Positions 38,198-52,800 are shown, numbered from the stretch's first letter. The stretch is 64,000 bases of DNA from the human T2T-CHM13v2.0 reference genome, Homo sapiens (GCF_009914755.1 NC_060930.1), one strand, 5' to 3'. Notes: generated from the letters alone by a model not told the origin. Made by a program: numbers and translations.

Positions 38198-38825
38198 GTG
38201 TTTGTCAGTCAGGGTCCCTGCAGAAAACAGATGGCTCATTCAAACTGGATACTTTGAAGAGAATTTGATAAAGGAACTACGTAGAAAGACATGGACAAGA
38301 TTAAAGGAGTCCCACAATGCCAGTCAAGTAATGGGGTGGTAATAATGGGGAGACATCTTGAAGAAGAGGAAGGTAGAAAGCAGTTACCAAAACCCGGAAA
38401 AGGCAGCATTATGAGAAGGATTCAACATGGGCTGTGCCTTTTGTGGAGCAATTAATCCTCCACCCTTACTGTCTTCCCACCCTTTTATTTCTTGCCAGTG
38501 GCTCTCTTCGGCTAAATCAACCTAAAACCAGGGAGAAGGAGGCTCACTGATGGTAAGCAAATGGGTTAGCTACCTTGACAAGACTTGTTAAGCAATTTTT
38601 GTGGTTCGGTGAAGAATGAAAATGCAGGGCTCCTTTGTTTAAAAACAATTTTTAGGAATTTCAAGATGGTAATAGCAAAACAATAAATCAAGTGTAGGAT
38701 CCCACTGAGTGTGGAACCCTGTGCAACTGTGTAGGTCACATGCTCATGAAGCCAGCCTGCTCCCAGGACACATAGAAAAATGAATAGGGATACAGAAGGA
38801 TATGAAGGACATAAAGGTATACAGC
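38198..38825 (-). mobile_element. LTR33-like ERVL LTR interrupted by MER91
   Basis: TGTCAGTCAGGGTCCCTGCAGAAAACAGATGGCTCATTCAAACTGG…; subfamily tentative. Confidence 0.6.
38579..38759. mobile_element. MER91A-like hAT-Tip100 MITE
   Basis: AATGAAAATGCAGGGCTCCTTTGTTTAAAAA…GAATTTCAAGATGG…CCCTGTGCAACTGTGTAGGTCACATGCTCATGAAGCCAGCCTG. Confidence 0.75.
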
Positions 38826-38829
38826 ACCA

Positions 38830-39000
38830 ATGTGTTACCTTGGACAAGTTACTCAGGTATTCTATATCACAGTTTACAGGTCTGTTAAGTGGAGATGACA
38901 AGAGTATTTTATATTGTTATTCTGAGGATTAATTGAGGTGATACATGCAATTTTCTCAAGTCAGTGGCTGGCAAAGAAAAAGTAAATGTCAACTACTAGT
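38830..39000 (+). mobile_element. MIR
   Basis: TGTGTTACCTTGGACAAGTTACTC…TCTGTTAAGTGGAGATGACAAGAGTA…TGAGGATTAATTGAG. Confidence 0.7.
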
Positions 39001-42000
39001 ATTAACTTTAACACTTAATATCAATATGCAGAGAGATATATTCATATGTAATTGCATTTTTATAAGTTATGCAATTTTTATCATTTTGAAAACTTCTAAA
39101 TTTGTTTACTATTTTTCAGGGAAATTTTTATATTTACATAATTTTGAAGAATCCTGGAATGTATGGTGAATAGGTACTCTGTAAAAATGAAAATGTTTTC
39201 CTGATATTACTGCCACCTTCTTAAAACTGAGGATATTAACCTTTCATGTAAGAATCAGAATAGTTATTTTATGGTACCTGGTTACCCAAATGTGAATAAA
39301 TTGCCCCTCCCATTCCTCTTATCAAGACTTGTGTGTGTGTATGTGTGTGAGACCTATAAAAACTTCTCTTTTCTAATGACACTTTTTCTTATCCACCCCA
39401 TGCCACTGATCTCCTCCTTTGGCTGTTCTTGAGGTCTTATTTTTGTATCATGCATTTTCCACCATGCATGTTCCTGGGTGCCATGGAGGAGAGTGGAAAG
39501 AGCAGGATTTTAAAGCCATACAGGCCATAGTTAGGATTCCAATTTTGCTAATTACCAGTTGTTCAAACATAGACTGAGTTTCATGTTATTCATCTGTAAC
39601 ACGGGAATTCTTGAGAATCAAATTCTTTAATTATATTGAACACAAAGCCTGACATCCATGAGGTACTCAATAGTTCTTTTCTTCATTCCTCCTTATTTCA
39701 GTCTTAGTTTCTAACTATATTTTAAACTGCTAGAGGGAGCAGTAATTTGTCTTGCCTAATATCTTTATTCCATTCAACAGCTTCTCAAAACATGTTTTTT
39801 ACAAAAGTAACATTTTAAAAATGTAAATAGAATCACTTTCTTCTTTAATAAACATACTGAATAGACTCAGAAATGATAATATAATGTCAAACTGGTAATC
39901 AGGAACTAATGGCAGAGTTTTATTTCCACCATGAACTAATTGTGTGGCATATGAAAGTCTAGCAATATTCTTATGAACTACGTGATATTGACATACAAGT
40001 CAATTTATGAACTGACTTTTGCCTAGAAATTAGGAGGTCCTATTTAGCTATTTTCCCCAGTACAAATATAAAATGATCAATAAGGAATCATAATATTTTA
40101 ATTTTCTAATACAGTTGTCACACAAAGGAATACACCGGTCATTGCAAACATTGGCTTACCAGTTAACTCAAACCACTGAAAAATCATAGTTACTCCAAGT
40201 CATTAAGAAATAAGTCTGCATAGGTAAATTCTTCAAAGACAAAACTGTTTGGTCTTTTCTGACAAGAGTTAAAATATTTTTTATTATATTTTCTAAAAAT
40301 GCATTTATTACTGTACATTACTTAATCTTTTCTAGATGATTCAGGATGTAATGCTAAACATCAATAAAGGGCCTGTGCTGTAAGCACCTGTATATACAGG
40401 GAACACTAAGATTAGTAATGTTTTGCCATATATTAAAGGGCCAAACAATTTGCTTTTGTTCTTTGTGGGTGTGTGTGTTCGTTTTGGAGAAATATCTCTT
40501 GCCTTGCTGCCATATTAGCTCCTTACTTTACTGTGTGTCTGCTTGTAACAATGACGCTTCACTATTCAACTGTGATATTCTTGATCTCCTGGGATTTAAA
40601 AAATGAGATGATGAATCTTATTGGACTGCTATGCAATATAAAACTAAAATTAAAGGCAGTACTTATAAGGCTTTCCTAGCAGTAAAGTATCCAGGCTTTA
40701 GTATTATTTATCATCAATTTTAGCTGTTTTAAAATTGCTTCCTTCCTGTTTTCAGGCCAAATGCTGAATATCTGAGTTGTTAATATGTTATAACAAGATT
40801 AAATGACATTTAATTACTTTAGTCATATATACCAAAGTTCCCATTTTAGTTTAAAAATTCAAATAAAGCAAAGGAATGTCTCAAATTAAAATTTCTGAAA
40901 AGTTTAAATTCTGCTTGGTCATTAATTTAGTACAGACATACTGCTTCTCACTTCAACTTAGGTCTCTGAAAAATAAATAACATGGTTTTCAAAAGACAAC
41001 AGAGAAAAAAGTTGATGATTACAAAGCAAAAATATATACCCATGTATTTAATTTACATATCACTTTACTTTTACTATATTCTATGCAGTAACTAAGATTA
41101 CTCCAGTAATTCTAGTTGAAATGGGGACATTTTCTCATTATTGGAAGCTCCCTAAAAGAAAAAACAATATGCTCTCATAAAATATCTGATTTTTAAAATG
41201 GTGGATTATAAGAATTTTACATTATAAGGATTCCTTATTTTTTCTTTTTCATGGCAGTCTTACAGTACCCCTAATATGTTATACCTGATTCTTTTCACTG
41301 TTGTGATTCAAGGTCACTGTATAAAAAAATTTTGCATTGCTGGCGTGCAAAATGTTGAAGGTGGTTGCTGTCACCTTGAATCATTTTGCACATTTCTCTT
41401 TCTTTTTTTAAAAAAAGTGGAGTAGCAGTGACTTTATCTTGTACTAGTCTACTAAAGATTAATACTACGCTTTGAAATTATTGAGAAAACCTATTTTCTA
41501 AAATGATTCTGCCTTGTTACTGAAAAGAAAAAATAAAAATCTTCACATTACACGGTAGGTGCAGATGGATATACCTAGGAAAGGAGCACTCGACCTTGGC
41601 AGCAGAACCTGAGTGCTTTTAAGGAGAGGTCAAAAAGACAGATCGTTAGTTCAGCTTCATGTCTAAGAAACATGTGCTGCCTTGAGTTAAGCATGGGGCC
41701 TTTCATGAGAGGCCACTTTTGTTGCTGGGCACTTCAAATTCTTCTCAAACCTCTCTTAACAATTTAAACAGCCATTTTTACTTTATTTTCCATACCTCAC
41801 TTATGATTGCATTTTTCCTAACAGAAAATAAACTCAACTGTTTCATGCTCCACCCAAAATCTTTGTGTGCACTGGTCTTTCTTCAGAGCTCAGCTTACAT
41901 ACATCATCATTCAGTGTCAACTCTACTGCCACGCTTTACTAGGAATACATATTTTCACCACAGGTGAAAGGCAGCACATTCTGAGCCATTTTTACTTCCA

Positions 42001-42608
42001 GAGTCACTGTGCTGACTCAGGTGCTAATCACTTCCTTTCTGCATGAAACCTTTCCACTTGCCCTTCCTGTCTCCAATCTAAGTTAGCCCTGACTACCAGG
42101 CAAATGGCAACAAAAATTATCTTTTTAAACATTAGTTTAATTTATCTGTTCAAAACTGTGTACCCAATTCAGAGAAGTTAAACAAACAATTGTATGTTCT
42201 AGGCACTACGTTAAACATATAAACAGATTATAATACAGCTCTTAAGTGTATTAACTAAGAGCCCTTGTAGGAAGTAGTAATGGGAGTATTGTGGTAAGGA
42301 CCTAACACAACCTAGAGAAAAGGGTAAGTGTCAGTGAGGGATTCCTGGACTTGGCAAACACTTGAGTTTTAACAGGAGTAGAAGTTTGAGCTAAAACCAT
42401 CAAGACTGGATCATGTCTGCTTTTCTAGCTGCCTCCCCCTAACCTCTTTTAGGCACACTCTGTACTCAGATAACAAAAGCTGTTTGCAGTTCTCTGTACA
42501 TATCATGCTGTTTCATACCTCCAATTCGTTATGCAGGGGCTCCTCCCTTGACTTTTGACATTCTTCCCTGCCCACCCTCGTTTATTCTTTTTCAAGCCTA
42601 CTTTTCCT

Positions 42609-43006
42609 TTATTTTAGTCTGTTTTCTGTGCTATAACTGAATACTTGAGACTGGGAAATTTATAAAGAAAAGAGGTTTACTTAGCTCATGGTTCTGGAGG
42701 CTGGGAAGTTCAAGATTGGATGGCCACACCTGGTCAGCTTCTAGTGAGGGCCTTGTGCTGCACCAAAACACGGTGGAAGGCATCACAGGGCAAAGGGGCA
42801 CATAAGAGAGAGCCAAACTGGCTTTTATAACAAATTCACTCTCATGCTAACCCATCAATCCATTAATCCATGAATAGGTTAACCCATTCATGAGGGCAGA
42901 GTACTCATGACCCAATCACCTCTTAAAGGCTGTACCTCTTAATACTGTTATATTAGGTATCAAGTTTCAACATGAGTTTTAGAGGCACAAACATTCAAAC
43001 TAGAGA
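42609..43006 (-). mobile_element. MSTC/MSTD-like solo LTR (within an L2 remnant)
   Basis: TTAGTCTGTTTTCTGTGCTATAACTGAATAC…GGTTCTGGAGGCTGGGAAGTTCAAGAT…CATGACCCAATCACCTCTTAAAGG…ACAAACATTCAAAC. Confidence 0.85.
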
Positions 43007-43287
43007 ATCTTTCAAGGTTCCACTGAGATGTAACTTCCAAGATTATATACGTATCTCAAGTTAGGGTACAAATGATTGCTCTATGTTCTCCAATAACTTG
43101 CTCTGATAACTTCCTTTATGGTGTGTATTACAATGCATTGTCCCCTTCCTTAATATAAATTGAAGATGTGATCCATATGATGTTCTATTTCAAACCAGAG
43201 CACTGCTTGTGTTCAATAAGTGTTGCTTACAAGCAACAGTCAACCCTACTGAAGCATCAAAAGAATAAAATACTTAAGAATAAACTT

Positions 43288-44480
43288 GAATCAACTGAAT
43301 AATTTCTCCTAGCAGATCAAAGTTAATTGTGGCGAGTCAAATTTCTCAATTGTGATCAAACCCTGTGGGTCAAATTCAAATTTTGTTTTATTTACTAGTT
43401 TTATTTTTAAGAAAAATTTCATTTCACCTCTTCCAATGCAGAAGCATTTATTTTAAGATACACTACCACCTATTATTGTCAAGCTACTAAGTTATTAAAG
43501 CAATGTAATTTGTTATCTGTGTCTCCTGGACATTCCTCATGTCACCAACTCTTACGGTATGATGTCAATGCAAAGATGGCTATTCGTCAAAATGCATTTA
43601 CCACAACTGCCAATCTTTATGGGTCTTGCTTCAAAGGTATCTTTTTTGCAAATTCTAACATTTCCCTAAAAATCTGGCTTTATTTTTTATTCTTATAGTC
43701 TATGAAAGTCACAGAGAAAACAACCACTGCTATTATGAAATTTCAGCCAATACTATGGTTGATATCTACAATTTCTCTCACAAAGTATGCAAGCATTACT
43801 TTGAACTGCATCTGATATAGATTGGTAGCCCAGGTCATTATTTGCAAATAAACGAGTCCTGTTTTAGCCACAAAATCCAGTATAAGCATGGCTGTGCTCC
43901 AGAGAGAGAAACGTGAGTTGTTGGTTTTGTTGATACTATCCATCAATCAGCTATTCGTTACTTGGAAATTGTTGGTGACCATTATGCCCACAATTTCCAG
44001 CCTATTTTGCCAGGTGTTGGTCACCCTGGTTCTTCCATTCACTCTGATTCACAGGCTGCATATAACATTCAGCCTTTCCTCAGTTTCCAACATGCTCAGG
44101 TTAACCATAGTTATGCCAACTTCCATTTCGTGTCATCTCTTGGCATTCTTACCCAAAAGCATCTTATCCATGGGGTTCTATTTGAACAAATGTAAAGCAA
44201 AGTGCAAGACTGTGAGAGAAGTTTGTGGTGATATGTTAAACACATATTTGGTTAAATTTATATGGCATAATTTGGAAATAATGCTTTCAACTTCCTTCTA
44301 CTTCATAAATCAGAACAATTTCTTGTTAACTAATATGATGTTTCCTTTTATTACATATATCAGAAAAATTTCTTATTAACTAACATATTTTCACTTTTGT
44401 TTTTGTATGTTTTGGTACAAATATCCATGGACAAATTATTTAATTGAATACATCTGAAAATGAAATTGTTCAAATTATCC
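43288..44480 (+). mobile_element. Merlin-superfamily DNA transposon (Merlin1_HS-like), apparently full length, 1193 bp
   Basis: Imperfect TIRs (GAATCAACTGAATAATTTC vs revcomp GGATAATTTGAACAATTTC, 14/19), 8-bp TSD ATAAACTT/ATAAATTT, and internal IS1595/ISXO2-like transposase motifs. Confidence 0.9.
43510..44275 (+). pseudogene. Decayed Merlin/ISXO2-like DDE transposase
   Basis: Frame from 43824 reads GSPGHYLQINESCFSHKIQYKHGCAPERET*VVGFVDT…PGSSIHSDSQAAY…QHAQVNHS…FVSSLGILTQ; after a frameshift, YLNKCKAKCKTVR…MLNTYLVKFIWH. Start approximate. Confidence 0.88.
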
Positions 44481-44915
44481 ATAAATTTAGCCAATGATGC
44501 AAAATACTTGTACACTGAAAACTACAAAATATTGTTGAAAGAAATTAAAGATGAAAATAAATAAAAAGACACCTCATATTCATTAATTAGAAGACTTAAT
44601 ATTGCTAAGATGTCAATACTACCCAAAGTGATCTACAGATTCAATGCAAATTCTATCAAAATCTCAACTAACATTTTTGGGCAGAAATAGAAAAATCTAT
44701 ACTAAAATCTATATGGAATCTCAAAGCATCCAGAATAATCAATACAATCTTGAAAAAGAAGAACGAAGCTAGAGAACGCATACTTTCTGATTTCAAAACT
44801 CATTGTGAAGCTACATTAATTAAAATAGTATGATACTGGCATAGGAAATGGCATACAGACCAATGGAATAGAATCGAGAGCCCAGAAATAAACTCTCACA
44901 TAGATGGTCAAATGA

Positions 44916-45219
<304 letters not shown>

Positions 45220-46171
45220 TGATTTTTAATAAAGGTGTCAGGACCATTTAATGGAGAAGGAATAATCTTTTCAATAAATGGTACTGGAAACATTGGATAT
45301 CCACATATAAAAGAATGGAATCAGACCCTGACCACCTAATACATGCAAAAATGAACTCAACTTGGATGAAAGACATAGATGTAAGAGTTGAAACTATAAA
45401 ATTCTTAAAAGAAAACAGAAGAACACTTCGTGATACTGGATTTGGCAATGGTTTCTTGAATATGACACCAAAAGCACAGGCAACAAAAGAAAAAAATTGA
45501 TAAGCTGGACTACATCAAAATTAAAAATGTTTGTGCATCAAAGGACACAATTTTTAAAAAGTAGTTAACCCTACTGAACAAACATTTTTGGCTCTGTTCA
45601 GACCAACAGTTCTCAAACTTTTTGGTCTTAAGACCCCTTTACTCTCCTACAAATTAAGGACTGCAAAGAGCTTTTGTTTATATGGATTGTATCTATTGCA
45701 GCTTACTATATTAGAAATTAAAATATTTAATTTAAATATTTTTATTGCATAATTTGTTCATGCATATTTGTACTAAAGCATACTAAAAACAAAACTGAAA
45801 ATATAATATTAATTAATAGAAAATTGTTCTGATAAATGTTAATATTTAATTTAAATATTTTTAAAATAAATATTTAAAATAAAGATTAGTTAAAATTTAA
45901 AATATTTATTACTTCATTTAAAATTATAACAAATTCATTACATGTTTAAATAAGTAACAAATTTTATGAAATTTAACATCATTTTCCAATATACAAGTAA
46001 TTTTAGTGAAAAAAGTGGCCCTGTTTTACATTTTTGAAATTTCTTTAATATCTAGCTAAATAGAAGACAGTTGCTTTCTCATATCTGCTTCTACATTTGA
46101 TTTGTTAGAATACATTATTTTGGTTGAGGTAGGTAAAGAAAATCCAAGCTCACACAGTTACACAGTTGGAA

Positions 46172-46373
46172 AGACAATAATAAATTGAATGTACATTTTA
46201 AAATAACTTACAGTGTAATTGGAATGTTTGCAATTCAATGGATAAGTGCTTGAGGGTATGGATGCCCCAGTCTTCATGTTGTGCTTATTTCACATTACAT
46301 ACCTATATCAAAACATCTCACATACTCCATAAATATATACACCTACTGTGTACACCAAAAAATTGAAAAAAAA
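46172..46373 (+). mobile_element. L1MA1/2-like 3' end
   Basis: GTGTAATTGGAATGTTTG…GGATAAGTGCTTGAGG…CCATAAATATATACACCTACTGTGTAC + A-tail. Confidence 0.85.
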
Positions 46374-47288
46374 GGAAAGGAGAATTTAAAAATCTTTTGA
46401 GATAAATGTGGATGTTTTTCTTTGATACTACACTCAAATTCAACAAGTAGTACCATTTTAAATGTTATTGCAATTTGGAATCTGAAATCATATCAGTGAA
46501 CTTTTTATGCTGTTATATTAAGTTAATTGCTCTATTTTATATTTGGAGTATATCTTTTATGCATGAATTGTAATATCATGAATTTTTCATTTAGAAAATA
46601 TTGGTTCACCAAGTTATCTCTGAGATCTTTCATATGTTGACATATTTCATTATTCAATATTTAAAAACATTCATTAATATAACATTCTCTCATTAAAAAG
46701 TCTTTAAGTGTTTGGGAGGTTGAAACAAATTTTAAAAACTCAAATTTTCACTTGAAAGCTCATTTTATTTTTGGCAACAATACTGTCAGCAGTATTTTCT
46801 GAATTGGCAGGTTTGCCTTCTTCAAAGTTTGAAATATGTCTGCCAAATACCCATGTCTGAATAACCCTAGTTTATCTGATATCATTTTATGTAAAATAAA
46901 TTGTATTTTAAAAAACAGTGTTTGATTCCACTTGCAACTCAATCACATAGTTATTTTCCTTTAGACAACCACCATAATTTGATACTTCAGTATGCAGCAA
47001 AAGTGTTTTATACTAGCTTCCCATTTTTTCACACAGAATATTAAAAATATGTGTACTCGGAGGTCAAGATTTTAAAAATTTAATATTTTTTACTGCTTTA
47101 CTAAAAACATTCTTAAGTAAAACAGATTTTTTATATGAATACATTTTTTTTCAGTGTCCTGATGAATGCAATAATTATGTTTACAGTTTGGTGCCACTGC
47201 CTTGATTTGTGCTAAGGTCCCAGTAGTTTTTACCTTTGCATCATCAGTGTAAATGTCAACATAGTGAAAAGGAAAAATAAATCTTAAT

Positions 47289-47581
<293 letters not shown>

Positions 47582-48007
47582 AAATCTTAGTAGTTTTATA
47601 AAGCACTTTAAACCTCAAAAATCCTCTAAAAGGGTCTTGGGAACCTGCAGAGACATGCTGACCACACTTTTAAAAACTGCTGGTTTAAAGAATCCAGGAA
47701 TTTTGGAACTTCTTAATATCAAACTGACTTCTGAACTCAAAACCACTGACCTTTCCAGTAAAAGATAAAAAGAGATTAAATTGTCTATCTCCCTTGTTTT
47801 ATATGAGAAGAAATGGAAAGCTGAGGGAAAGATGCAATGACTTTCCCATCACTAACTGGTATTAGAACCTAGACTGCATGACTTTTCACTAACATTTTTA
47901 CTCCGTAGCTCAATGAGTATGACTCTAACATTACAGATAAAATTATTTAAGAAACGATTCCTTTCTCAAGCCACTAAGTGACAGGTTTCTAAAAATCTAC
48001 CAGATCA

Positions 48008-48680
48008 TTAAAAAGTCAGGAAACAACAGGTGCTGGAGAGGATGTGGAGAAATAGGAACGCTTTTATACTGTTGGTAGGACTGTAAACTAGTTCAACCAT
48101 TGTGGAAGTCGGTGTGACAATTCCTCAGGGATCTAGAACTGGAAATACCGTTTGACCCAGCCATCCCATTACTGGGTATGTACCCAAAGGAGTATAAATC
48201 ATGCTGCTATAAAGACACATGCACATGTATGTTTCTTGTGGCACTACTCACAATAGCAAAGACTTGGAACCAAGCCAAATGTCCAATAATGATAGGCTGG
48301 ATTAAGAAAATGTGGCACATATACACCATGGAATACTATGCAGCCACAAAAAAGGATGAGTTCATGTCCTTTGTAGGGACATGGATGAAGCTGGAAACCA
48401 CCATTCTCAGCAAACTATCGCAAGGCCAAAAAACCAAACACCGCATGTTCTCACTCATAGGTGGGAATTGAACAATGAGAACACTTGGACACAGGAAGTG
48501 GAACATCACACCCTGGGGCCTGTTATGGGGTGGGGGCAGGGGGGATAGCATTAGGGGATATACCTAATGTAAATGACTAGTTAATGGGTGCAGCACAGCA
48601 ACATGGCACATGCATACATGTGTAACAAACCTGCACGTTGTGCACATGTAGCCTAAAATTTAAAGTATAATAAAAAAAAA
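48008..48680 (+). mobile_element. 5'-truncated L1PA4/5
   Basis: ORF2 C-terminus (ORF 48178-48471 ending HRMFSLIGGN), 3'UTR, polyA; 17-bp TSD AAAAATCTACCAGATCA (47991-48007, 48676-48692); GATCA microhomology at the 5' junction. Confidence 0.95.
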
Positions 48681-49314
48681 TCTACCAGATCACTTTTATA
48701 TTTCCACTTACTAGTAAGGCCAGATATGACTCAGAAGTACAATCTTTAAATCATTCTCTATCATCTGTGTAGGAAGGGACATAAGGATAAATGCCACAAA
48801 AATACTTAAATGGATGATAATTGCCAAGGAGAGTGATGAGCAGACATCTCAAAAATGGTCAGGGAAGGCATTTTTGAGAAGATGGCATTTTATTTGAACC
48901 TAAATGACAAAACAGAGTCAGGCACAGATCATGACAAGAATGTCTGATGAAGAAGAAAGAAAAAGTCTAAAGGACTTGAGGCAGAGTCAAGTGTAATTGA
49001 AAAACCAGAGTGAGCAATTTTGTTGGACAGAGATAATAATGAGGGGGGTGGAGCAAAAGAGGGTGGGATTAAAGAGTAGTAATTAGAGCCCGTCTCTTGA
49101 ACCATGGGAATTTAAATTCTGAGTACAGAAAGCTATAACTGTATTTTAATTAATTTAAGCAAGAAAATGAAATATACAGGTTCTAACAGGCAAAGAGACA
49201 TATCTAATTATGATGTATATTATTCCAGAAGAGTAAAAACTTTAATCTAGAAAGCATGTGGGCTAAGGATTGGAATGCGTTAGGAAATATGATCACCCTC
49301 TTTAATGTCTATAG

Positions 49315-49895
49315 TGAGATGTATAATGGCCCCCTACTGATGTTGGTGCCTCAAGCTCTGAAACCTGTGAATATGTTATGTTAAATGGCAAAAGAGACTT
49401 TCACATAAGTAGTTAAGTTTAAGGACTTTTAAATAAATTATTCTGGGCTATCTGGGTGGCTCCAGTGTAATTGCATAAGTCATTGAAAACCGAGTTCTTA
49501 GCTGGTGGCAGAAGAGACACGACAGAAGAGGAGCCAGAGAGATTTAAAGTGTGAGATGACTCCACACATGATTGCTGATTTGGAGATGGAAGGGCTAAAG
49601 TAATGAGGGATGTAGAAGGCCTTAAAGAGCTGTGAGGGAATCTCTCAGCTGACAGCCAGCAAAAAAAAAAAAAAAAAAAGGCTTCAGCCCTACCACCAAG
49701 AGAAATTGACCTCTGCTAACAGCCTGAATAACCTTGAAAATTGATTCTCCCCATCAGTCTTGAAAGACTCAACCAGAAAACTCAATTAAAGTCATTAATG
49801 CTTCTCACTTACAGAATGGTAAGATAATGAATGTCTGTTGTTTTAAGCTACTATGTTTCTGGCAATTTATATGGGGTAACAGAAAACTAATGAAT
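49315..49895 (+). mobile_element. MLT1E-like solo LTR
   Basis: ATAATGGCCCC…AACCTGTGAATATGTTATGTTAAATGGCAAAAGAGACTTT…GTTGTTTTAAGCTACTA…ACAGAAAACTAAT; A-run at 49661-49679. Confidence 0.8.
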
Positions 49896-52800
49896 ATGGT
49901 TTGATAAGTAGAGGGGAGTGTAAAAATAATTGCCTTGGTGCTTTCATTATAAAAGTAAAGAGAGCAAAATATGCAATTTTATTTAATTCATCTACCTGAA
50001 TTGCAGATCATTAAAAAATGAAAAAGAGGTAAAACCTCTATTTCTATAAGACCAAGAAACATCTATAAGTTCAAATCACAAACTAAAAGAATATATAATA
50101 GTAAAATTTGCACCAAATCTAGAGATAATCGTGAAGGCTGCTAAAAATCTTAAATAAGGTATAGTTTTCTCTAAAAGTATGTTAGTCTGTAGTGAAAGGC
50201 CCTATTAGCAATTTTTTTCTAAAGAATCTCAGAATGTTAAGATAAAAATCGGCTAAGAGATCATCAGAGAACAAGTCTATGTGGATTCTGTTTTATTCCA
50301 CAGGGTGACAATCTAAGCCCATGCCAAGTTTAAAGGATTCATCATTGCACCTGTGCTCAAGTCCTACAATAGCAACATTAACACCATGATAATGAGAAAA
50401 ATAAAGCAAACAAAATAAAATTGAAAATTTCACATCAAAAGTAGAACTCAAAAGAAAGCTTGAGAAAAATCATTTACAATGCTTGAAATAGAACAAATGG
50501 ACACAAGAAATTTTAAAATAGATGAAGAAACAATCAAAAGAAATACAAAGCTACCTAGCAGAACTCATGAATGAAATAGGTGGTGACAGTAAATCCACAG
50601 AGAAATGAAAGGCATGTAGATTTAATATAGAATTATATTAAATAATCTATATTGGAATATAGATTCAAAGCTGCTAAAAATAGAGTAAGTCATAAGACTA
50701 CAGAAAATTACACAAAGTTAAATAGTAAAGAACAATGATACAACAGAAAGTAGAGAGAATATGATAAATATGGGCAACAGAAAAAGACACATAATTGGTA
50801 TTTCTAAAGAAGAAATCTCAGAAGAAGGGCTGGAGCAAGATAGCAGAATAGGACTCTCCAACAATCATCCCCTTTCAGAAATATCAACTTGAACAACTAT
50901 CTACGTACAAGAATACTTTTACAAGAGCAAAAGAAACCAGGGGAGAAATCACAGTACCCAGTCATAGCACAATAAGAAAAAAATATGTATTAAAGAGTGT
51001 AGGAAGGACCATTTTTCATACCCATGTCACTGCACCTCCAACCACAGATAGCACAGTGAGGAGGAAGATACCATCCATTTGAGGGAAAGAGTGAGCATAA
51101 GATTTGGACCCCAAAACTAGGCCTACCATTGTAAAACCCAGCACCAGGCAGGCCCCCAGAACTCCAGACTTCAGGCCAGTACCCATGGACTGAAACTCCT
51201 GACTTGCCCTGGTGCCAAGGGGAACCCAGCAGCTCCAGGACTTAGGCTTCAGACTCAGTCTTCAGTTTACACTCAGTAGCCTCAGACTTACAGCTTGCCT
51301 CAATGCTGTGTCAACCACCGACAACCCAGTCTTCTAGTATGCCCCAGTACCATACAAGCTCCAGTGGCCGTGGGCTTTGGAACCACATCACAAGGCTTGC
51401 CTGTTGACTGTTGAGGGGCTTTCTCAGACAAAGTCAGTCTTCAAATACTGTAATAAGTATCTACTTCTTCAAATATGCAAACTTTGATGCATAGCCACAA
51501 AAATGAAGAACAATCAGAGAAATATAGCATCACTAAAAAGACAAAATTGCCAATGACTGACTCTAAAGAAATGGAGCTATATAAACTGCCTGACAAATAA
51601 TTCAAAAAACCGGTTTAAGGAAACTCAATGAACTTCAAGAATATAGAAAAACAATTTAACGAAATGAGGAAACAATAAACCAGAATGAGAAATTTAAAAG
51701 CAGATTGAAATAATTAAAACAGACAATCAAATGGACATTTTGGAGATGGAACTATACAATAAAAGAAAGAACTGATAAATGAGATGGAAAGCACCAATAC
51801 CAGCTTTGATTAAGTAGAAGAATCTGTGAACTCAAAATGAGGTTATTTGAAAATATACACTCTGAGGGAAAAAAGAAAAAAGAATTAAAAGCTTATAGGA
51901 TTTACGGAACAGCATTCAAGGAGTAAATTTTTGAGCCACAGGAGTTAAAGGAGAAGAGAAAGATGAAATAATAGAAAGATTTTTAGAGAAATAATAGCAA
52001 AAAATTTCTAAAGTTTATTGAAAGATTTCAATATTCACGTATAGAAAGGTCAAAGGGCTTTAATCAGATTCAATCCAAACAAGACTACCTCCCCATGTTA
52101 TAATCAAAGGGTCAAAAATCAAAACAAAGAGAGGATCCTGAAAATAGCAAGAGAAAAGAAGCAAATAACTTACAAAGAAGTTCCAATGTGGCTAGCAGCA
52201 AATTTCTCAACAGAAACCTTATAGGCTAGGGGAGAGTATGATGATATATTTGAAGTGATAGAGAAAACTGCTAGCCAAGAATACTGTACCACCTAAAACT
52301 GTCCTTCAGAAAATAAGGAGAGATAAATGCTTCTCCAGACAAACAAAGGCTGAGAGAGTTCATCCCTATCAGATCTGACTTACAAGAAATGCTAAAGGGA
52401 GTTCTTTAAACTGAAAGAAAAGTATGCTAATCAGTAATGCAAAAATATCTGGAAGTATAAAACTCACTGTTAAAAGTATGTACACAGTTAAATTTAGAAT
52501 AATACTATACTAGTGGTAAGTAAATCATTTATATCTTTAGTATGAAGGTTAAAGGATAAAACTGTTAAAATAATAAGAGCAACAATAATTTGGTAAGGGG
52601 TATGCAGTATAAAAAGTTGTAAATTATGACATTAGAAATTCAAAAGGTAAGGGGAGTAGAGTAAAAGTGTTATTTTTAATTACCAAATTATTAAAAGCTT
52701 AAAATAATTTGCTATAAGATTATTTTATAAGCCTCATGATAACCACAAAGCAAAATCCTAGAGTAGACGCACAAAAAATAAAGAGGAAGGAATCAAAACA

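Noticed and set aside
43888-44379. 163-aa ORF as a novel membrane-like protein
   Set aside because: It is an off-frame reading of the Merlin transposase that enters the true frame only after the frameshift (…YLNKCKAK…YLVKFIW).
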